64,000 nucleotides of DNA from Nitrosopumilaceae archaeon (lineage in GTDB: Archaea; Thermoproteota; Nitrososphaeria; Nitrososphaerales; Nitrosopumilaceae), in assembly GCA_965214835.1 (NCBI GenBank), contig CBDCCK010000002.1, positions 736,001 through 800,000 of the forward strand, written 5' to 3'. Below, piece after piece: positions 58,503 through 64,000 of the stretch. The notes under the pieces are model-generated. The model was not told the DNA's origin. It worked only from the letters and a program-made list of their open reading frames with translations, and ran no database searches. The stretch's first letter is position 1. Each line of letters starts with the position of its first letter. The translations under genes were made by a program, and so were the position numbers.

Positions 58503-58632
58503 CGGTGCGAAAAAAACCAAGTGCGAGACAAGCAGTTGCTGGCCGAGTCCGGAGTGAAACGTGATGTCAGAAGGGGACAAACTGCTTGCTGGATCCCACA
58601 AGTTTTTATTTACCCAGACGGGGTTTTCAGTA

Positions 58633-59682
58633 ATGAAGACAATAGCAATAGGATCTCTATTTGTTCTATTTGCTGCAGTTGCAGGAATCAACGCGGTTCC
58701 ATCAGCATTCGCAGATCATCCAACGGCCGGGGTCGGATTCAAGGAGGGTTCCGGATTCTCACAGGAATGTGTAGAAACAGACGATTGTTTTACACCGGCA
58801 ACCGTTACCGTTGACGTTGGAGGGGAAGTCGTGTGGACCAACGAAGACTCTCAAATTCATAACGTGGTGTCCGGCGGACTTGATGATATGAAAGCAGACA
58901 CTGTTGGCACTAATTGGCCAAATGGTGAAGGCGCTGAAGGAAACATAGGATTCGATAGCTCATTTATGATGCAGGGAGATGTGTTCAAACACAAGTTTGA
59001 TGCTCCCGGAGAATACCCATACGTTTGCACCCTTCATCCTTGGATGATGGGCACTGTCATTGTAGAAGATGCAGCGAACGGCGACAAAGACATGCATGTG
59101 GACGGCGATGCAATGGACGGCGATGCAATGGACGGCGATGCAATGGACGGCGATGCAATGGACGGCGATGCAATGGACGGCGATGCAATGGACGGCGATG
59201 CAATGGACGGCGATGCAATGGACGGCGATGCAATGGACGGCGATGCAATGCACCCAATGTCAATTGAAGACGTGATGGCCGAGATCACCACCGGAGAAGG
59301 CATGATGGGAAGCCCGCTGACTATCGATGTGACCATCACCGATATGGAGGGCAAAGCACTTGAACATGTCAACTTCAAGGTGACTGCAATGCAAGGCGAC
59401 AAGGTTGTTTATCAAACAACAGACAAAGAACACTCGCATACGGGCATAGCAGACCAGATTACAACTGCTCCACTGCCGGCAGATCCTTCTGAGGCAATGC
59501 CTGTCGACATTACTGTCGAGTTGTTAGGATTCGGCATTAATGAGATCGAGGGCCCGTCAGGTGAACTAGCTACGGCGCAAGTGGTTCCAGAATTCGGAAC
59601 AATTGCAATGATGATTCTTGGCATAGCCATAGTAAGCATTATTGCAGTGACTGCAAAATCCAGAGTAATTCCAAGAATTTAG
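58633..59682 (+). CDS. Blue-copper (cupredoxin) PEFG-CTERM surface protein with a Met-rich repeat
   Basis: HNV, YVCTLHPWM type-1 Cu ligands; VVPEFG plus TM tail. Confidence 0.9.
   Translation: MKTIAIGSLFVLFAAVAGINAVPSAFADHPTAGVGFKEGSGFSQECVETDDCFTPATVTVDVGGEVVWTNEDSQIHNVVSGGLDDMKADTVGTNWPNGEGAEGNIGFDSSFMMQGDVFKHKFDAPGEYPYVCTLHPWMMGTVIVEDAANGDKDMHVDGDAMDGDAMDGDAMDGDAMDGDAMDGDAMDGDAMDGDAMDGDAMDGDAMHPMSIEDVMAEITTGEGMMGSPLTIDVTITDMEGKALEHVNFKVTAMQGDKVVYQTTDKEHSHTGIADQITTAPLPADPSEAMPVDITVELLGFGINEIEGPSGELATAQVVPEFGTIAMMILGIAIVSIIAVTAKSRVIPRI
59101..59250 (+). repeat. 10 perfect tandem copies of the 15-bp unit GACGGCGATGCAATG (DGDAM)
   Basis: Directly visible. Confidence 0.97.
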
Positions 59683-59695
59683 GAATCTCTCTTTC

Positions 59696-60388
59696 TTACT
59701 TTCTTTTTAACATAGAGACAACGGCCAGGATTACGCCGGCTGCTCCCAGAGACAGGCCAAATACCGCAAAGTCATAGGCAGCACCGGTATCGGACGGCCC
59801 GGCAGAGATGCCGCCGGCCTTCAGGTCGGCTACATCCCTTTGTAGGGATGAGAGTGCCTGCTTTAGAGGCCCCAGGTCCTCAGAACCCGCGGTCTTTGGG
59901 GGAAAGTCCAGTATTGCAGTGGACTCGGCATCCTCTATCGGTACATCGACTGAGACCGGAACCCCGTTTATCTCCCCTGTCAGTTCTACCGAATAGCTTC
60001 CGGTCCTTGTAGGAATGATGTCTGCAGCATAGTGTCCTACCCGGAGGTTCGTATGTACGTCCAGCTGCTTGCTTGCGCCGCCGAATTTTACCACCGCATC
60101 AAGATTCTGAAACGCGTTTTTCACGCCGGAGGACGTGCCGGGCGAGTCCCCCTGCTCAGAAACATGCAGTACAATAGTGTTGCGATAGCTCACGACGGGG
60201 GGCTCAATGCCCCAGCCCACCTCAATGGAGTAGGGGGCTACCTCAACGGTGGTATGTGCAGACGCGTATGAGATAAAGCCAAAAAACAGTAGCATGATAA
60301 AGGCAGCAAGCATTCCCCTCATGTTGGTACTTGGGATTCGAACGGATTTTAACATTACTGGAAGTGGTACAAATTTCAAATGTGTCAA
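59696..60388 (-). CDS. Membrane-anchored hypothetical protein (His at the mature N-terminus)
   Basis: Signal peptide ..ASAHT, C-terminal TM; real start probably near 60321. Confidence 0.7.
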   Translation of the reverse strand: MTHLKFVPLPVMLKSVRIPSTNMRGMLAAFIMLLFFGFISYASAHTTVEVAPYSIEVGWGIEPPVVSYRNTIVLHVSEQGDSPGTSSGVKNAFQNLDAVVKFGGASKQLDVHTNLRVGHYAADIIPTRTGSYSVELTGEINGVPVSVDVPIEDAESTAILDFPPKTAGSEDLGPLKQALSSLQRDVADLKAGGISAGPSDTGAAYDFAVFGLSLGAAGVILAVVSMLKRK

Positions 60389-60420
60389 CTGTTTAAATTA
60401 TCAGGCAATGAAAGGAGGTT

Positions 60421-63186
60421 GTGAAAAAGTCCATCCCGGTACTGCTTGTAATCGTTTTTGGCATGATCCCATTTGCCGGTGCCCATCCGTTCACGGAGGA
60501 TACGATTCCTGCAAAGCTGTCCAGTGGGCCGGTAGGCACCACCCAGGTGGTTGTCTTTTATTCGGAGGCCTTGGAGGTGGAGTTCAGCTCGCTCAAGGTC
60601 TTTGACAGCAGCGGCGACCAGATCGACAACAGGGATACAAGCTACTACCAGGGGGAGGAGTCCCTCATAGTAACCACGCCGCCGCTTGAGGAGGGGGCGT
60701 ATACCGTGACAAGCAAGGTGCTCTCAAAGGTCGACGGCCACCTGGTTCCAGACGCATTCGTGTTTGGCATAGGGAACGTGGTCGTTGAGGATACTACCGG
60801 ATCCCCGGCAGAACTAATCTTCTATCCGGAGGCTGCAGCAAGGTTTCCGGGACTGGTCGGACAGACGGTTGTCCTGGGATCTGCAATTGCCTCGATTCTG
60901 ATCTGGGCAACGCAGAGAAAGGACGTCATACGCCCCAGCCTAGGGCAGGTGGAATCCGCATTTCAAGGGAGGTTTTTGTCGGTAACAGGGGTGGGAATCA
61001 TCACGGTTTTTGCCTCAAACGTCCTGATGCTTGCAGTCCACACGTGGAGGCTGGAGGTCCCGGCGCTCCAGGCACTAGAGACATCGTTTGGAACGACCTG
61101 GCTGGTCAGAATGGGAATCACGACTGTATTGATTGCCGCATGGTTTGCGCTGTATCGAAGGGGTGCAAAGTCTGCCAGGTCCCGCATTCCAATCCTAGCA
61201 ATCTCGCTGGTTCTCATCTCAACTACGACAATGGTCGGCCACGGGGCGGCAAGCGAGCAGCCAGGGGCGGTTCTTCTGGACTATGTACACAGTCTGGTCG
61301 CAGCTGCCTGGATCGGCGGGGTGGTCTTCTTTGCCTTTGCAATGCTGCCGGCACTTGCAGGCCTCAGGGACGACATGAGGGGGAAAATGTCCCTAGTACT
61401 GATTCCAAGGTTTTCAATAATGATAACAGTCTCGCTGGGAATCGTAATAATCTCGGGGCCGATTCTGATGTGGTTCCTTGAAAGCGATGTGGGTACGATT
61501 GTCGAGTCGACCTATGGAAAGCTCATCATGGCAAAGATCCTCATTGCCTCCATAATGATAGGGGTTGGCGGATACCACCAGTTTGGGATTCAAAGGGGGG
61601 CCGAGAAAAACATCGGCTCATCCAATGTACATAAAAGACTGGGGCGCGCCCTGAAGGTCGAGTCCGTCCTAGGTATAGCCCTTCTCGGCGTGGTTGCACT
61701 GCTGGTAAACGGGACGCTTCCGGCAGGAGAGGTTCAGCCGGCAGACGCCCGGTCTGCAGCCTATGGGTTCTCCTCAACAGAGTTTGCAGAGACGGCCAGG
61801 TTTGAAACGGAGATCTTTCCGTTTACGACGGGGAGCAACGAGATCCTGGTCAGGGTGTCCGATTCCCAAGGAAACAGGATAGGGGATCTGGAGTCGCTGA
61901 GGATCAAGGTATCAAACCCAGAGAGAAACATCACGCCTATCGTGATTGACATGGCCAGGACGGAGAATGAAAATGCCGACGAGTTTGTCGGCGAGCCCAC
62001 GTTTGGCTTTTCTGGAAACTGGCTGGTGGAGATCGAGGCACAGAAAACCCAGACGGCCAACGAGGCCGTATCGCTGAACCTGCTGGTAAAGCCGCATCTG
62101 GAGAACCTGCAGACCGAGATCACAGAGTATGACCTGCCGGTGGCCGGCAAGCCGCTGTATCCGGTCTTTGACGGCACCGATACAATCTGGATAAGCGATA
62201 CGGCACAGCCCCGAATATGGGAGTATGCCATAAGCAGCGGGGAGTTCAGGTCGCATGACTTTGACGGGCAGGCAGCCCAGACACTGGCATTGGACGGGGA
62301 TGGAAGGGTCTGGTTTACGGATATCGCAGAGGAGAAAATCGGGTTCCTGGAGCCGTCCACCGGGGAGACAGAGACGGTCGCGCTGCCTGAGATATTTCCC
62401 AATAACTTTAGAAGCATCCCCGCATCGCTGGAGGCAGACATGAAAGGCAACATCTGGATTTCAATCCTTACAAAGGGCGTCATCCTGAAGTTTGATCAGA
62501 GGCTGCAGGAGTTTGAGGAGTACAGGCTGGCAGACCAGCAGGGGGGGCCGTTTGACGTGATGGAGGGCGTGGACGGAAGCATCTGGTTTACAGAGTCAGG
62601 CTCTGGGAAAATAGGGGCGATCAATCCGGATACCGGGGAGATCAGGGAGGTCCCCCAATCCCTAAAGCTGGAGGGCCCGGAGGCCTTCATCCTTGACGGG
62701 TCAGGCGACATCTGGATCACCGAGCACGCGGGCACGGGCATAGTAAGGTACAGCCCGGTCCTGGATGCGTTTGAGAGGTTCCCGGTGTCAAATCCCGACT
62801 CGCTGCCGTTTGGAATGGCCCTTGACAGGTATGGAAACATCTGGTTTGCCCAGCACCAGATAGACTTTCTTGGCGTCTATGATCCGCAGAACAACGACAT
62901 GATGGACGTCCCAATTCCGACCGAGACGTCGTTTGTCCAGTTTGTCACGGCAGACGGCAACGGGGACATCTGGTTTGCCGAGCAGGAGGGCGGCAAGATT
63001 GGCGTGCTGAAGATTACCGAAAGGCCGGTGTCCGGGGCAGTCACGAGGCAGGGCGGCGCCGGCCCGTCACTGCAGTATACGGAGCTTGCATCGCCTCTGA
63101 TTGCGATGGGAATCATTGCAACGGCGCTGTTCTTTGTAAAAGGCGTCAATGACAAGCGAAGGCTGAACGAGAAGGTGCTTGGCTAG
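60421..63186 (+). CDS. CopC-CopD-(Ig)-Vgb/NHL beta-propeller fusion, copper uptake/resistance
   Basis: AHP..SKVDGH (CopC), GHGA..H..AAAWIGG..RFS (CopD), repeated GxIWF(T/A)E blades. Confidence 0.88.
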   Translation: MKKSIPVLLVIVFGMIPFAGAHPFTEDTIPAKLSSGPVGTTQVVVFYSEALEVEFSSLKVFDSSGDQIDNRDTSYYQGEESLIVTTPPLEEGAYTVTSKVLSKVDGHLVPDAFVFGIGNVVVEDTTGSPAELIFYPEAAARFPGLVGQTVVLGSAIASILIWATQRKDVIRPSLGQVESAFQGRFLSVTGVGIITVFASNVLMLAVHTWRLEVPALQALETSFGTTWLVRMGITTVLIAAWFALYRRGAKSARSRIPILAISLVLISTTTMVGHGAASEQPGAVLLDYVHSLVAAAWIGGVVFFAFAMLPALAGLRDDMRGKMSLVLIPRFSIMITVSLGIVIISGPILMWFLESDVGTIVESTYGKLIMAKILIASIMIGVGGYHQFGIQRGAEKNIGSSNVHKRLGRALKVESVLGIALLGVVALLVNGTLPAGEVQPADARSAAYGFSSTEFAETARFETEIFPFTTGSNEILVRVSDSQGNRIGDLESLRIKVSNPERNITPIVIDMARTENENADEFVGEPTFGFSGNWLVEIEAQKTQTANEAVSLNLLVKPHLENLQTEITEYDLPVAGKPLYPVFDGTDTIWISDTAQPRIWEYAISSGEFRSHDFDGQAAQTLALDGDGRVWFTDIAEEKIGFLEPSTGETETVALPEIFPNNFRSIPASLEADMKGNIWISILTKGVILKFDQRLQEFEEYRLADQQGGPFDVMEGVDGSIWFTESGSGKIGAINPDTGEIREVPQSLKLEGPEAFILDGSGDIWITEHAGTGIVRYSPVLDAFERFPVSNPDSLPFGMALDRYGNIWFAQHQIDFLGVYDPQNNDMMDVPIPTETSFVQFVTADGNGDIWFAEQEGGKIGVLKITERPVSGAVTRQGGAGPSLQYTELASPLIAMGIIATALFFVKGVNDKRRLNEKVLG

Positions 63187-63239
63187 TCGCATCGGGAGAC
63201 TGCCGGTCAGGGTGGCAGGCGTCTCGCCTCAAGCCGGGG

Positions 63240-64000
63240 CTATTTGACGGCCTGCGGCTCGCCTGTAGCAACCCTTGATATCAGTCCTGCGGATTTTGCC
63301 AAGAGTACACCGATCAGGATTGCAACTGCAATCATTACGATGGTGCCCGACGGCGCGATATTGTAATAGTATGACAGGAGGATTCCGGTGACTACGGATA
63401 TGACCGAGATGGACATCGATATCCCGATTGTCTTTTTGAATCCCTTTCCAAACATCATTGCAGATATGTTTGGAATGACGACGAGTGCAGATATCAGCAG
63501 AATCCCCACCAGCCTCATCGAGGTTACGACCGTCACAGACGCAAGTATGACAAACGCGTAGTTCATCAGGGTCACCGGTACCCCTGCAAGCCTGGCCTGC
63601 TCCTCGTTGAAGGTCAGCTGGAGAAACTGCCTCTGCAGGAGGGTCAGGGTGGCAATTATCCCCGCGCTGATTGCAAGGATCATTACCATGTCCTCGTCAC
63701 TTATCAGCAGGATGCTGCCGAACAGGAAGCTGAACAGATCAACTGAAAAGCCGCCCGACGAGCTGACCAGAATCACGCCCACTGCCAGCCCGGAGACCAG
63801 AACCACGGCTACTGCCGCATCACCTGATATCTTTGTGCTCTGCCTCAGCTTTTGCAGTCCCAGCCCCCCAAAAATGGATACAATGAATGCAGTCCAGAGT
63901 GGAAACACGCCCAGGAACAGGCCTACCGAGATTCCACCGAACGCGACATGCGCGATGCCGTCTCCAAACAACGAATACCGTCTGAGCACCAAAAACGCGC
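63240..64000 (-). CDS. Zn/Mn ABC transporter permease (ZnuB-like), 5' end beyond the window
   Basis: LRRYSLFGDGIAH, LFGSIL, VGILLISAL. Confidence 0.9.
   Translation of the reverse strand, partial: AFLVLRRYSLFGDGIAHVAFGGISVGLFLGVFPLWTAFIVSIFGGLGLQKLRQSTKISGDAAVAVVLVSGLAVGVILVSSSGGFSVDLFSFLFGSILLISDEDMVMILAISAGIIATLTLLQRQFLQLTFNEEQARLAGVPVTLMNYAFVILASVTVVTSMRLVGILLISALVVIPNISAMMFGKGFKKTIGISMSISVISVVTGILLSYYYNIAPSGTIVMIAVAILIGVLLAKSAGLISRVATGEPQAVK

Noticed and set aside
59101-59250. CRISPR, or real alternative-frame ORFs (CNGRR/HCIAV/WTAMQ repeats)
   Set aside because: Contiguous in-frame coding tandem repeat without spacers; the other frames are by-products

Overview
Archaeal window, most likely Nitrososphaerota/Nitrosopumilaceae. 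This is inferred from aTrm56, TFE, NAC, Rpp21, Nep1, S19e, and PEFG-CTERM and CFI-box-CTERM copper proteins. Core blocks are translation/transcription genes (2.3-8.5 kb), a riboflavin operon (32-37 kb), RNR/thiolase genes and a tRNA-Gly (40-54 kb), and a copper/metal cluster (55-64 kb). An accessory region at about 8.6-32 kb is rich in IS5-, IS66- and IS6-like elements, MITEs and defence genes. The main finding is an ~11.6 kb unit (19149-30704). It carries a PLD-nuclease/SF2-helicase gene, a full Type ISP-like m6A methyltransferase-specificity gene, a tyrosine recombinase, a SWIM-DDE transposase and a 5'-truncated INVERTED alternative C-terminal half of the methyltransferase. The two copies alternate identical blocks (308, 138, 191 and ~540 bp) with divergent blocks. 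Inversion would therefore swap or shuffle the target-recognition region, making this a candidate archaeal phase-variable (shufflon-like) restriction-modification locus. A third, more divergent cassette lies just outside. Both borders are arm-TAAACT-arm palindromic sites with 21-bp-periodic subterminal repeats. All coordinates and alignments were done by eye and no database searches were run.
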